A DNA stretch of 64,000 bases. It comes from an uncultured Chloroflexia bacterium (GTDB lineage Bacteria; Chloroflexota; Limnocylindria; Limnocylindrales; CSP1-4). The stretch lies in contig CAWAHN010000016.1 of the NCBI GenBank assembly GCA_963781845.1, positions 265,713 to 329,712 of the forward strand. Direction: 5' to 3'. Under the pieces are notes generated by a model. That model saw only the letters and a list, made by a program, of their open reading frames with translations, had not been told where the DNA came from and searched no databases. Position numbers and translations under genes: made by a program. Positions 55,046 to 64,000 of the stretch are shown piece after piece; the first letter of the stretch is position 1; every line of letters starts with the position of its first letter.

Positions 55046-55750
55046 ATGATGCCGATGACCCGTCCCCTCCGGATCCTGGTCGTTGACGACGATCCCGCGA
55101 TGGTCGGTGCGATCACCGCCCTGGTCGGGACCGAGGGGCACCAGGTCATCACGGCCTATGACGGCCTGACTGCCGTGAAGCGCTTCCGCGACGACGCCCC
55201 CGACCTCGTCCTGCTCGACCTGGCGATGCCCGGGCCGGACGGGTTCAACGTGACCGGCCAGATCCGCGCCGCCGGGAACGTGCCGATCCTGGTCGTATCC
55301 GGCGAGAGCGGCGAAGGTGCGAAGGTGAAGGCGCTCGAGATCGGGGCCGACGACTACCTGACGAAGCCGTTCGGCAAGGCCGAGCTCCTCGCCCGGATCT
55401 CGGCGATCATGCGCCGCGCGGATGCCGCCTCGGTCGGGTCCGGGGGCGGTGGGGGCGGGCCGTTGGAGGCCGGCGCCCTGACGATCGATCCGGGTCGCCA
55501 CGAAGCGCGGATCGGCTCGGCGGTGCTGAACCTGACCGCGACCGAGTACCGGCTGCTCGAGGCCCTCGTTCGCGCCGGTGGCGACGTCGTCCCGCATCAC
55601 CGTCTCGTCCGGGCCGGCTGGCCGGCCGAGGCCGATCCCGACCTCCTCTGGCTCAAGCCGCACATCGCCCGCCTCCGGGCGAAGGTCCACCGCGCGGGCG
55701 GTCCGGCGATCGTCGCCGTGCGCTCTGTGGGGTACCGGATCGAGGCCTGA
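55046..55750 (+). CDS. OmpR/PhoB-family response regulator
   Basis: ATG 55046 has GAAGGAG upstream. ILVVDDDPAM...DLVLLDLAMPGPDG...DDYLTKPF, then the winged helix LTATEYRLLEALV...VGYRI. Confidence 0.9.
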   Translation: MMPMTRPLRILVVDDDPAMVGAITALVGTEGHQVITAYDGLTAVKRFRDDAPDLVLLDLAMPGPDGFNVTGQIRAAGNVPILVVSGESGEGAKVKALEIGADDYLTKPFGKAELLARISAIMRRADAASVGSGGGGGGPLEAGALTIDPGRHEARIGSAVLNLTATEYRLLEALVRAGGDVVPHHRLVRAGWPAEADPDLLWLKPHIARLRAKVHRAGGPAIVAVRSVGYRIEA

Positions 55751-55880
55751 CCGACCGGAACGATCGACCGGCCCGCTCGGCTGGCTCGAGCGACCGAAGG
55801 TCGGTCGGCCCGCGGGTAACCCGGCGTCTGCGCCGCGGCCGCGTAACGTTCTCCGGACGGTCGTCTGGCAGGATCGACCG

Positions 55881-57130
55881 GTGACCACCGACCTGGGAGA
55901 TCGAGACGGAGACGCCGCGGAGGATGCCTCCGCGGCGTCGATCGACCGCCGGGTCGGCCCGCGCCCGACGCTCGGCCTGCTCGCGCTGCTGATCCTCGGC
56001 CTGGCGCTCGGCCTCGTGCTCGCGGGCCCGGACCCGCTCACGCTGCTGTTCTACGCTTCCTACGCCAGCATCGGTGCCCTCCTCGCGTTCCGGCGTCCGC
56101 GGAATCCGATCGGCTGGCTGCTCATCGTCATCGCCTTCAACTTCGTCGGGACGAGCACCACGCCGGACGTCACTGCCGCCGCGCTCGCGGCCGGGACCGT
56201 CGGCCCATTGGGCATGCTCTCCGTCTGGGTGACCGGCTGGGCCGGCAGCGCGGACTTTCTGGCGTATTTCGCGCTCGTCCTGGTCTTCCCGAGCGGGCAT
56301 CTACCCGAGGGGCGCTGGCGGGTCCCGAGTCGGCTCCTGTTGCTGTTCGGCCTCGTGTTCGTGGTCCTCACGGCCGTCGCGCCGACGATCGGCTTCACCG
56401 CGAGTGGCGGGCTCGAGTCGATCAAGTCCGGAACCCGCTCGCCGTCCTGCCGGACCTGCCACTCTGGTCGGTCATGCCGTCCACTGACACGGCGATCCTG
56501 CCGATCATCGGCCTGCTGCTGGTCGGGGTCGGGTCGATCATCGTCCGCTACCGGCGGTCGACCGGCGTCCTCCGCCTGCAGCTCCGCTGGCTGGTCGTGG
56601 CCATGACGTTCGTGATCGGAGCGGTCCTGGCGGGTCTGGCGTCTCTCGCGATCGCCGGCGACGCCATCGGTGGGCTCGCCTGGGTCCCGGCGATCATCGC
56701 CTACCCGACCGTGCCGATCGCGATCGGCGTGGCCGTGATGCGCTATCGCCTGCTCGAGATCGACCGGATCGTCAGCCGGAGCGTCGGCTACGCGCTCGTC
56801 ACCGGGGTCCTCGCGATCGTCTTCGCGGGGACGATCCTCGTGCTCCAGGCGGTGCTGGTGTCGGTCACCCAGGCCCAGACCATCGCGGTGGCGGCATCGA
56901 CGCTGGCGGTCTTCGCGCTCTTCCAACCGCTCCGACGGAGAGTGCAGCGGGCCGTCGACCTGCGTTTCGACCGCGCCCGGTACGACGCCGAGCGCACCTC
57001 GGTCGCCTTCGCCGAGCGCCTGCGCAACGAGGTGGACATGGCCACGGTCACCGCTGATCTCCGGGCCACGGTCAGCCGAACCATGGCGCCGACCCGCCTC
57101 GGCGTTTGGGTCCGCGCCGACGAGTCATGA
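55881..57130 (+). pseudogene. Polytopic membrane protein, paralogue of 57127..58302, with a 1-nt frame break at about 56426
   Basis: Track ORFs 55578..56606 and 56474..57130 together align along the whole length of the downstream paralogue. The frame changes between ...SGGLESIK and VRNPLAVLPDLPLW (paralogue: SGGETIQVPNPFAVLPTSPLW). Confidence 0.65.
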
Positions 57131-58302
57131 CCGACTACGGCCGACTCGGCACCGTCCGGACCGTCGGCCTGACCGCGATCCTGGTGCTGGGCACCGTTCT
57201 CGCGTTGGCGAACCCGTTGTGGCTGCTCGCCTACCTGGCCTACGTCAGCGTCGGGGCCGTGCTGGTCGTCCGCCGACCGCGGATCGTCATCGGCTGGCTG
57301 CTGATCGGGATCGCCTTCGCCCCCGTCGGGACGGTCGGCGCGTCGAGGGTCGACACGGTCGCGCTCGCCGCGGGTACGGCCAGTCTCGGCGAGGAGCTGA
57401 CGGCGTGGGTCGGAAGCTGGTCGGGCAGCTCCCTGTTCGTCGCCTTCTTCGCGCTCATGGTCGTGTTCCCGAGCGGTCGCCTGCCGGGTGGGCGGTGGCT
57501 GGTCCCGAGTCGGCTGCTGCTCCTGTACGGCGGCGCCATCGTCCTGCTGGCGGCCATCTCTCCCACGATCGACTTCGCCCCGACGAGTGGCGGCGAGACG
57601 ATCCAGGTCCCGAACCCGTTCGCCGTCCTCCCGACGTCGCCGCTGTGGACGATGGTGCCGACCTGGCTGCCGTTCGCCTCGCTCGTCGGTCTCCTGCTGG
57701 GAGGGGTCGGGTCGATCGGCGTCCGCTATCGACGGTCGACCGGCATCCTGCGCCTGCAGCTCCGCTGGCTCGTCGCATCGGTGACGTTCGTCGTCGCGGC
57801 GATCGTGGCGGGTCTGGCGGCGTTTGCCGTGGTCGCCGACGACATCGTCTGGATCCCGGTGGTCGTCGCGTTCCCGACGATCCCGATCGCCGTCGGCGTC
57901 GCCGTGCTGCGCTACCGGCTGCTCGAGATCGACCGGATCGTCAGCCGGACGGTCGGCTATGCGCTCCTGACCGGTGTCCTGGCGGTCGTCTTCGCGGGCT
58001 CGATCCTGGTGCTCGAGACAGCGCTCGCGACCGTGGCCCAGGTCCAGACCATCGCCGTGGCCGCTTCGACGCTGGCGGTCTTCGCGCTCTTCCAGCCGCT
58101 TCACCGGCGCGTCCAGCGGCTGGTCGATCGGCGGTTCGACCGGGCTCGCTACGACGCCGAGCGCATCGCCCAGACCTTCGCGACCCGCCTCCGCAGCGAT
58201 GTCGACCTCGCGTCGGTCCGCTCGGAGATCCTGTGGACGGCGACATCAGCCGTCCGGCCGACGACCGCCGGCCTGTGGCTCCGCGAGGAACGTCCGTCGT
58301 GA
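57127..58302 (+). CDS. Polytopic membrane protein with a conserved cytoplasmic tail (RYRLLEIDRIVSR...RRFDRARYDAE)
   Basis: It overlaps the upstream paralogue by ATGA. There are several hydrophobic segments. No kinase or other catalytic domain is recognised. Confidence 0.75.
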   Translation: MTDYGRLGTVRTVGLTAILVLGTVLALANPLWLLAYLAYVSVGAVLVVRRPRIVIGWLLIGIAFAPVGTVGASRVDTVALAAGTASLGEELTAWVGSWSGSSLFVAFFALMVVFPSGRLPGGRWLVPSRLLLLYGGAIVLLAAISPTIDFAPTSGGETIQVPNPFAVLPTSPLWTMVPTWLPFASLVGLLLGGVGSIGVRYRRSTGILRLQLRWLVASVTFVVAAIVAGLAAFAVVADDIVWIPVVVAFPTIPIAVGVAVLRYRLLEIDRIVSRTVGYALLTGVLAVVFAGSILVLETALATVAQVQTIAVAASTLAVFALFQPLHRRVQRLVDRRFDRARYDAERIAQTFATRLRSDVDLASVRSEILWTATSAVRPTTAGLWLREERPS

Positions 58303-58395
58303 CGGTCCGAAGGGGCGCCAGGAGGATGGCGCCCCTTCGATCGGGCGGTCGAGGGCCTGCCGGCGCGGCTCGATCGACCCGTTAGCTGGACGAGG

Positions 58396-58644
58396 TCAGG
58401 CCGGCACACCCAGGAGGGCGCGGCCCGCGGCGTCGTGCGGGAGGTCCACGCAGGCGACCCGGCAGCCGCGCGCATCGCGCCCGCCGAGCGGCGAGAAGTG
58501 GGTCCAGACGGTCGTCTCCGGATCGGTCAGGGCGGACGCGTCGGTCGTCAGTCGGCAGCCGCACAGCGCACAGGTGACCGGGCCGCCGGCGATCGACGTG
58601 CCCTGACGCGGCCAGACGGGCTGGGGGTCGGACGGGTGGATCAT
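58396..58644 (-). CDS. Hypothetical small Cys-containing protein (82 aa)
   Basis: ATG 58644 has GTGAGG upstream. G/C is preferred at third positions. It carries CALCGC...CRVAC. No family recognised. Confidence 0.35.
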   Translation of the reverse strand: MIHPSDPQPVWPRQGTSIAGGPVTCALCGCRLTTDASALTDPETTVWTHFSPLGGRDARGCRVACVDLPHDAAGRALLGVPA

Positions 58645-58773
58645 CGGGGCCTCACGATCTGTCGGGTTCGCATCGCCGCGGGGTCGAGCTCCGGGCAGCA
58701 TGGACATCATGCGCCCCCGCGGGTTCCCGGATCGGCGCCGAGCCCGTCACCGTTCGGTTGCGAACGGGATACG

Positions 58774-58810
58774 ACGACGCGGGTCACCCACCTCGGGCGA
58801 CCCGCGTCGT
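58774..58810 (-). terminator. Hairpin after the TIGR03118-like gene
   Basis: ACGACGCGGGTC-13 nt-GACCCGCGTCGT gives a 12-bp stem, 18 nt downstream of stop 58829. A second small hairpin lies at 58750-58767. Confidence 0.45.
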
Positions 58811-58828
58811 GCTTCCCAGGAGGCCCGC

Positions 58829-59914
58829 TCAGGGGGCCCAGATGGCTCCGAATGCGCCGTGCGACTCGTCGTCCGGGCCGGCGGCGAAGTACAGGGTGGT
58901 GGACGGCCCGGCTGCGGCGTCGTTGCCGAAACCGATCCCCCACAGACCGTCGATGACGATGGCCTTGCCGTCAGCGGTCCGCAGCGTGCCGTCGAAGTGC
59001 CAGTGGCCCTTGAGCCAGCGATAGCCGTTGACCCGGCCGTTGCCGAAGTTGCCGACGAGCAGGTCGCCGTTGAACCGACCGAATCCGGTGGCCGGCGCCC
59101 AGGCGAGGCCCCACGGGGCGTTCAACGCGCCACGCGAGGCGACCCGACCGAGGAAGTGGCCGCGTGCGTCGAAGGCACTGACGAACCCCTTGCCCATCCC
59201 GGCGATCTCGTCCGAGCGCTCCGCATCCTGGCGGGCGTAGGTCACGTAGATGGTCCCGTTCAGGTTCTGGATCCCGAACGGCGCGTAGTGACGGGGCAGC
59301 CTCGGATCGACGAAGGCATGCTCCCAGTGCTTCCGGGTGAAGGTGCTGTCGTAGACATCGATCCGGCCGCGATGGAAGTCCGTCGCGTAGAGGTAGTCGG
59401 CCCCGTTCCAGCTCGCGATCGCCAGTCCCTTGTAGATCGACTTGCCATGCTCGGCGGTGACGAAGGCCTGGGTCGACGCGACCGGCGGGTTGGACGCCGG
59501 GACGCCGGGGTTCCAGCCCGAGATCGTGCCGTCCTCCGAGGCGAACAGGAAGCGCGCAGGGCCGGACGCGGTGCCGTTGCTGACGACGAAGCCGGTGCCG
59601 CCGTTGAAGACGGTCCCCGTCGGTGCGCCCGGGACGTTGACGACGAGCGGCAACGGTGCGCCCGCGCCGTTGTAGAGCGTGGACGTGGCCGTCCCGTTGT
59701 TGGCGACCCACCACGGGGTCGTCGGACCGTGGACGACACCCCAGCCGTTGACCAGGTTCGGGTCGACATGGTCGGCCGCGATCGTCCCGTCGGACACGAA
59801 GACGTGGGTCTGGTAGACGTTCGGCGGTCGCGGACCGGCTGCCGCAGCGGGCACCGCCGACAGGAGGAGGAGCCCGAGTGCGGCCCCGGCTGCGATGGCT
59901 CGACGCTGGATCAT
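58829..59914 (-). CDS. TIGR03118-like secreted beta-propeller protein
   Basis: ATG 59914 has GAGGAGG upstream and there is a signal peptide. Blocks typical of that family, as I remember it, are LVNGWG, STLYNG, FASEDGTISGW, YKGLA, IDVYD, VTYA, LNAPWG and LLVGNFGNG. Confidence 0.75.
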   Translation of the reverse strand: MIQRRAIAAGAALGLLLLSAVPAAAAGPRPPNVYQTHVFVSDGTIAADHVDPNLVNGWGVVHGPTTPWWVANNGTATSTLYNGAGAPLPLVVNVPGAPTGTVFNGGTGFVVSNGTASGPARFLFASEDGTISGWNPGVPASNPPVASTQAFVTAEHGKSIYKGLAIASWNGADYLYATDFHRGRIDVYDSTFTRKHWEHAFVDPRLPRHYAPFGIQNLNGTIYVTYARQDAERSDEIAGMGKGFVSAFDARGHFLGRVASRGALNAPWGLAWAPATGFGRFNGDLLVGNFGNGRVNGYRWLKGHWHFDGTLRTADGKAIVIDGLWGIGFGNDAAAGPSTTLYFAAGPDDESHGAFGAIWAP

Positions 59915-60034
59915 CGGCGACCTCCTCGTCCGGGCGGCCTGGCGCCCGTGCGGGCGCATCGACGGGACCACCAGTGACACGAAGGGCTACGCCGGCATGC
60001 CCCCCTCCGGTTTCAGCGCGGCCGATCGGTCTCC

Positions 60035-62929
60035 CTAGCCGGTGTTGCGCAGACCCGCGGCGATGCCGTTGATCGTCAGCTGGACGAGGCGGAGGAGCTC
60101 GCCGTGGTCCGGATCCTCGGCCGTCGTCGCCCGCAGCCTGGCGAGCAGCCTCACCTGGAGCTCCGACAGCGAGTCGACGTACGGGTTCCGCAACTCGATC
60201 GAGCGCTGGAGGACCGGCAGGCCGTCGAGCAGGTGATCGCGCCCGGTCACCCGGAGGAGGAGCCGGACCGTCCGTTCGTGCTCGGCCTCGATGGTCTCCC
60301 AGATCCGCCCCGCGGCCGGCCCGCGGGCCAGCCCGGCGTACAGCCGCGCGACGCCGATGTCGGCCTTGGCGAGGGTCATCTCGGCGTTGTCGAGGAGCGC
60401 CTCGAACAGCGGCCACGCCCGGTACAGCGCGCCGAGCACGTCGAGCCCGGCGTCCCCATGAGCGTCGCGATACGCCTCGAGGGCCGACCCGAGGCCGTAC
60501 CACCCGGGCAGGTTCAGACGCGCCTGGGACCAGGCGAATCCCCACGGGATGGCGCGCAACGATCCGATCGCCGGCGGTGGCTGCGGCCCCGCCCCAGTCG
60601 TCTCGGGCATGACCGTGCTCCGCCGGCCGCGCGAGGCCGGTCGCGACCCGAGGCGGAGCGCCGAGATCTCCAGGATCGGCGTCGCATCGCGGAAGAACGC
60701 GGGGAAGTCCGGGTCGTCCCAGACGAGACGACGATAGGCGTCGGCCGAGGTCGCCGCGAGCTCGTCGATGGCCTCGGCCCCCGCCGCCCCGGCCTCGGCG
60801 ACCAGACGATCGTGCTCCGGGGTCGAGGCGATCAGGACGGCCGCGGTCAGCTGCTCGAGCTGTCGGCGGGCGATCGCCGGGTTCGCGTAGTTCGCGGCGA
60901 TGACCTCGCCCTGCTCGGTCATCCGCAATCGCCCGTCGATCGAGCCGGGCGCCTGGGCCAGGATCGCCCGGTTCGTCGGGCCGCCGCCCCGGCCGATCGC
61001 GCCTCCGCGGCCGTGGAACAGGGTCAGCCGGAGGCCGTGCCGACGCGCGGTGTCGACCAGGGCGGCCTGGGCGCGGTAGAGCAGCCGGTTGGCGGCGAGG
61101 AACCCGGATTCCTTGTTCGAGTCGGAGTAGCCGAGCATGATCTCCTGCCGGTCCCCGCGCGTCGCGAGGTGGGCACGGTACGTCGGGTCGGTGAGGAGCG
61201 CATCGATGATCCCGGCGCACCCTTCGAGCGCATCGGCCGACTCGAACAGCGGGACGAGGTCGAGGACGGGCGTGCCCGGGCCGAACCCGCTGGTCGCCGC
61301 CGCCGGCGGATCGGCCGCGCCGGCCAGCCGCGCCAGCTCCATGACATCGAGGACGTCGGCGGCGGTCCCGGTGAAGCTGATGATGTAGCGCCCGGTCGAT
61401 GCCTCGCCGAAGCGCGCCTGGGTATCCGCGATCGACCGGAAGGTCGCGAGGACCTCGGCCGCGGTCACGCCCGGAGCCCCCGGCAGCTCGGTCTCGAGAT
61501 CGCCCCGACGGATCGCGGCGAGCGCCGCCCGGTGGACCGCGCCGTGCTGGCGGACCTCGAGCGCCGCGAGATGGAACCCGAACGTCTCGACCTGCCAGCG
61601 GAGATCCTGGAGCTCGCCCCACGACACCCGCGACAGGCGATCCTCGACGAGCGCGGCTGACAGCTCGTCGAGCTCGTCGAGGAGCTCGGCCGGGGCCCGG
61701 TATCGGCCGCCGAGCGGGACGCCGGTCGCCGCGGTCAGGCCGGCGCGGGTCCGGCGCAGCCGCTCGGCGATCGCGCCGAACCGCTGGCGGTAGGGCTCGT
61801 CGGGGAACCGGCGGCGGAGCTGGCGCATCGTCTCGGGCAGCGCGTCGTCGTCGGCGACCAGCCGTCGGGCCAGCGCCGGCGCGAGGCGGTCCATGGGCTT
61901 GGTCGAGGCGACGGTCTGCATCAGCCGGGTGGCGACCGCCTCATACCCGTGGATGACGTGGTCGGCGTGGATGCGCAGGACGTGGCCGGTCGTCTCCGCC
62001 GTCACCGCGGGGTTGCCGTCGCGGTCGCCCCCGATCCAGCTCCCCCAGCGGAGGAAGGCCGGCACGAGGGGTCTGCGCGTCCCCGTCCGATCGACGTCGG
62101 TGACCGGCGGATCCTCGGCCTCCAGCCGTCCGGCCCGACCCAGCGCCCGGCGGCGCTCCGCCTCGATCAGCGGATCGAGCGCCCCGTCGACCGCCCGGTA
62201 CAGCCGCGGGACGACCGTGAACAGCGTCTCGTCGAAGTAGGTCATCGCCGTCCGGACCTCGTCGAGCGGCGTCGGCGCCACCGAGCGGAGGTCGGCGGTC
62301 CGCCAGAGCAGGGTGATCTCCTCGCGGAGCCGGCGCCGGATATCGAGGTCCTCATCGTGGGTGAGGCGCGGATCGTCGAGCCGCTCGACCAGGCGATGGC
62401 AGCGACCCAGGGCCACGAGGAGGGTCCGCCGGCGGGCCTCGGTCGGGTGGGCCGTCAGGACGGGGCCGATCTCGAGCCGGCCGACCAGCTCGACGATGTC
62501 CTCGACCCGGCGACCGGTCCGCCAGATCCGGCGGACCGCCTCGGCCACGGAGTCGTCGAGGATGCCGCCGCGGGCCGCTCGCTCGCGCCGGCGCAGGGTC
62601 CGGACGCGGTGGCGCTCCTCGGCCAGGTTGACGAGCTGGAAGTACAACGCGAATGAGCGGATCAACGCCTCGGCCCGGGGCAGGTCGAGGGCGTCGAGCT
62701 CGGCGGACAGCCTGGCGCGCTCGGCGGCATCCTCGGCGTGACGCAGCGCGATCGTCCGCCGCCGGACGCGCTCGACGAGCTCGAGCAGGTCGAGGCCCTC
62801 CTGCTCGACGATGACCTGGCCGAGGAGCGAGCCGAGGAGGCGGACCTCGCGAGCCAGGGGGTCGCGCGCTCCGGCCGTCCCGATCCCGCGCGGCTCGCCG
62901 CGAACGGCGGGGTTCGGACGGGCGGGCAT
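60035..62929 (-). CDS. ppc: Phosphoenolpyruvate carboxylase
   Basis: The ORF is 964 aa with the blocks TAHPTE, GYSDSNKESG, FHGRGGAIGRGGGP and the characteristic C-terminus NGIAAGLRNTG. GGAG lies upstream. Confidence 0.95.
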   Translation of the reverse strand: MPARPNPAVRGEPRGIGTAGARDPLAREVRLLGSLLGQVIVEQEGLDLLELVERVRRRTIALRHAEDAAERARLSAELDALDLPRAEALIRSFALYFQLVNLAEERHRVRTLRRRERAARGGILDDSVAEAVRRIWRTGRRVEDIVELVGRLEIGPVLTAHPTEARRRTLLVALGRCHRLVERLDDPRLTHDEDLDIRRRLREEITLLWRTADLRSVAPTPLDEVRTAMTYFDETLFTVVPRLYRAVDGALDPLIEAERRRALGRAGRLEAEDPPVTDVDRTGTRRPLVPAFLRWGSWIGGDRDGNPAVTAETTGHVLRIHADHVIHGYEAVATRLMQTVASTKPMDRLAPALARRLVADDDALPETMRQLRRRFPDEPYRQRFGAIAERLRRTRAGLTAATGVPLGGRYRAPAELLDELDELSAALVEDRLSRVSWGELQDLRWQVETFGFHLAALEVRQHGAVHRAALAAIRRGDLETELPGAPGVTAAEVLATFRSIADTQARFGEASTGRYIISFTGTAADVLDVMELARLAGAADPPAAATSGFGPGTPVLDLVPLFESADALEGCAGIIDALLTDPTYRAHLATRGDRQEIMLGYSDSNKESGFLAANRLLYRAQAALVDTARRHGLRLTLFHGRGGAIGRGGGPTNRAILAQAPGSIDGRLRMTEQGEVIAANYANPAIARRQLEQLTAAVLIASTPEHDRLVAEAGAAGAEAIDELAATSADAYRRLVWDDPDFPAFFRDATPILEISALRLGSRPASRGRRSTVMPETTGAGPQPPPAIGSLRAIPWGFAWSQARLNLPGWYGLGSALEAYRDAHGDAGLDVLGALYRAWPLFEALLDNAEMTLAKADIGVARLYAGLARGPAAGRIWETIEAEHERTVRLLLRVTGRDHLLDGLPVLQRSIELRNPYVDSLSELQVRLLARLRATTAEDPDHGELLRLVQLTINGIAAGLRNTG

Positions 62930-62979
62930 CGATGGACTCCTTCGCGACGAGCGCGGCCCGGCAGCGCCGACCGCTCAGC

Positions 62980-64000
62980 TCAGGAGAGTGTAGGCAACGG
63001 GATGGGGGCCGGCGGGCGACCTCCGGCCGGGACGTGCGGGACGGCGCCGGCGGCCGCGACGGTCGGGCCGACGACGGCGGTCGCGGCGGCATCGATCGGC
63101 TCGACCAGCCAGATGTCCTCCGGTCGAGGGCCGCCCTGGAGGACGAGTCGCTCGGCCAGCTCGGACCCAGCCTCGGCGTGGGCCTCGACCAGGCGCCGCA
63201 GCTCGGCCGAGCGTTCCGGACCGTCGGCCCGGTCGCGGAGCGCGGCCGACAGCCGGGTGGCGACGACGCTCGCGCCGGCGAGCGCGGGCACCGAACGACC
63301 GGTCGGGTCGAGGACGTACGCCCGACCGCCGGTCATGCCGGCCCCGAAGTTCGCGCCGATCGTGCCGAGGACGACGACGACACCGCCGGTCATGTATTCG
63401 CAGCCGTGCGCGCCGAGGCCCTCGACGACCGCGTCGGCCCCGCTGTTGCGGACGGCGAAGCGCATCCCCGCCCGGCCGACGACGTGAAGGCGGCCCGCGG
63501 TCGCCCCGAACAGGCAGACGTTGCCCGCGAGCGTGGACGGCGTCGGACCGGCGAGCAGCTCGGGCTCCGGACGGATCACGACCGTCCCACCCGACAGGCC
63601 CTTGGCGACGTAGTCGTTCGCCTGGCCGACGAGGACCAGCTCGAGACCGGGTGCCAGGAAGGCCCCGAGGCTCTGCCCCGCCGAACCGCGGAGATCGAGC
63701 CGCAGGCGTTCCTCCCCGTCCAGCGCGATCTCGCCGCGCACGAGCGCGCCGGACAGCTCGGCCCCGAACGACCGGTCGCCGGTCGCGACGTCGAGCGGTC
63801 CGCCTGGCGGCCGGGCGCCCGACCAGAGATCGACGACGAGGCGGTGCTCGGTCGGCGAGGCGACCTGGCGACGGATCCCGTCCCGGGCACGGGCGGGGTC
63901 GGACCGCCGGGTCGTCCCGGCATCCCAGCCGACCGCGCCGATCAGCATCCGGAGGTCGGTCGGGTCGTGGCTCGTCGTCCGGACCAGGTAGCGCCGACCC
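62980..64000 (-). CDS. gltB: Glutamate synthase large subunit, C-terminal (GXGXG) domain; the 5' part lies beyond the window
   Basis: GSAGQSLGAFLAPG...GQANDYVAKGLSGG...AGMRFAVRNSGA..VEGLGAHGCEYMTGG...GANFGAGMTGG. The frame stays open to the window edge. Confidence 0.85.
   Translation of the reverse strand, partial: GRRYLVRTTSHDPTDLRMLIGAVGWDAGTTRRSDPARARDGIRRQVASPTEHRLVVDLWSGARPPGGPLDVATGDRSFGAELSGALVRGEIALDGEERLRLDLRGSAGQSLGAFLAPGLELVLVGQANDYVAKGLSGGTVVIRPEPELLAGPTPSTLAGNVCLFGATAGRLHVVGRAGMRFAVRNSGADAVVEGLGAHGCEYMTGGVVVVLGTIGANFGAGMTGGRAYVLDPTGRSVPALAGASVVATRLSAALRDRADGPERSAELRRLVEAHAEAGSELAERLVLQGGPRPEDIWLVEPIDAAATAVVGPTVAAAGAVPHVPAGGRPPAPIPLPTLS

Noticed and set aside
58971-61622. The 883-aa minus-strand ORF and the 518-aa plus-strand ORF (60104..61660) over ppc and the propeller gene.
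   Set aside because: They are off-frame or antisense to an unmistakable phosphoenolpyruvate carboxylase, and their composition is Arg/Pro/Gly junk.
1-64000. tRNA, rRNA, CRISPR arrays, transposases, integrases and toxin-antitoxin pairs.
   Set aside because: None was recognisable by eye in any intergenic region or ORF translation. Absence of small RNAs cannot be proven without covariance-model searches.

Overview
This is a 64-kb, very GC-rich chromosomal segment. Codon third positions are almost always G/C, GTG/TTG starts are common, and many genes overlap by 4 nt (ATGA/GTGA). The style looks actinobacterial (three F420-type enzymes, PT/PA-rich linkers, lipobox lipoproteins), but the phylum assignment is inference only. 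I support about 52 protein-coding loci and see no rRNA, tRNA, CRISPR array, transposase or integrase. Most long ORFs in the six-frame track are Arg/Pro/Gly-rich shadows of real genes in another frame or strand. Left to right the window contains:
- an SRPBCC gene;
- a GAF histidine kinase, a NarL-type regulator and a USP;
- a dynamin-like GTPase divergent from an Hsp70-like ATPase plus a second dynamin-like GTPase;
- HtrA;
- a decayed zinc-ribbon/adenylyl-cyclase/AAA/TPR gene;
- a secreted repeat protein;
- VOC and SRPBCC genes;
- an FtsX/FtsX/ATPase/ATPase ABC system plus a GT2;
- mmuM;
- a minus-strand block of lipoprotein, OmpR regulator, HAMP kinase, TadE, TadE, TadG, TadG and an anchored VWA protein;
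- F420-type oxidoreductases, pntAA-pntAB-pntB, PiT plus DUF47, an RCK-type channel and small regulators;
- a second GAF kinase/OmpR pair followed by two tandem polytopic membrane paralogues;
- a TIGR03118-like propeller, ppc, and the 3' end of gltB.
Three things are most worth a second look. (i) The two-component-linked TadE/TadG/VWA module has no pilus machinery in the window and carries two copies of a conserved AT-rich intergenic module. (ii) The dynamin-like/Hsp70-like/dynamin-like cluster has a palindromic divergent promoter. (iii) At least seven indel-type frame breaks fall in four genes, four of them in the cyclase gene.
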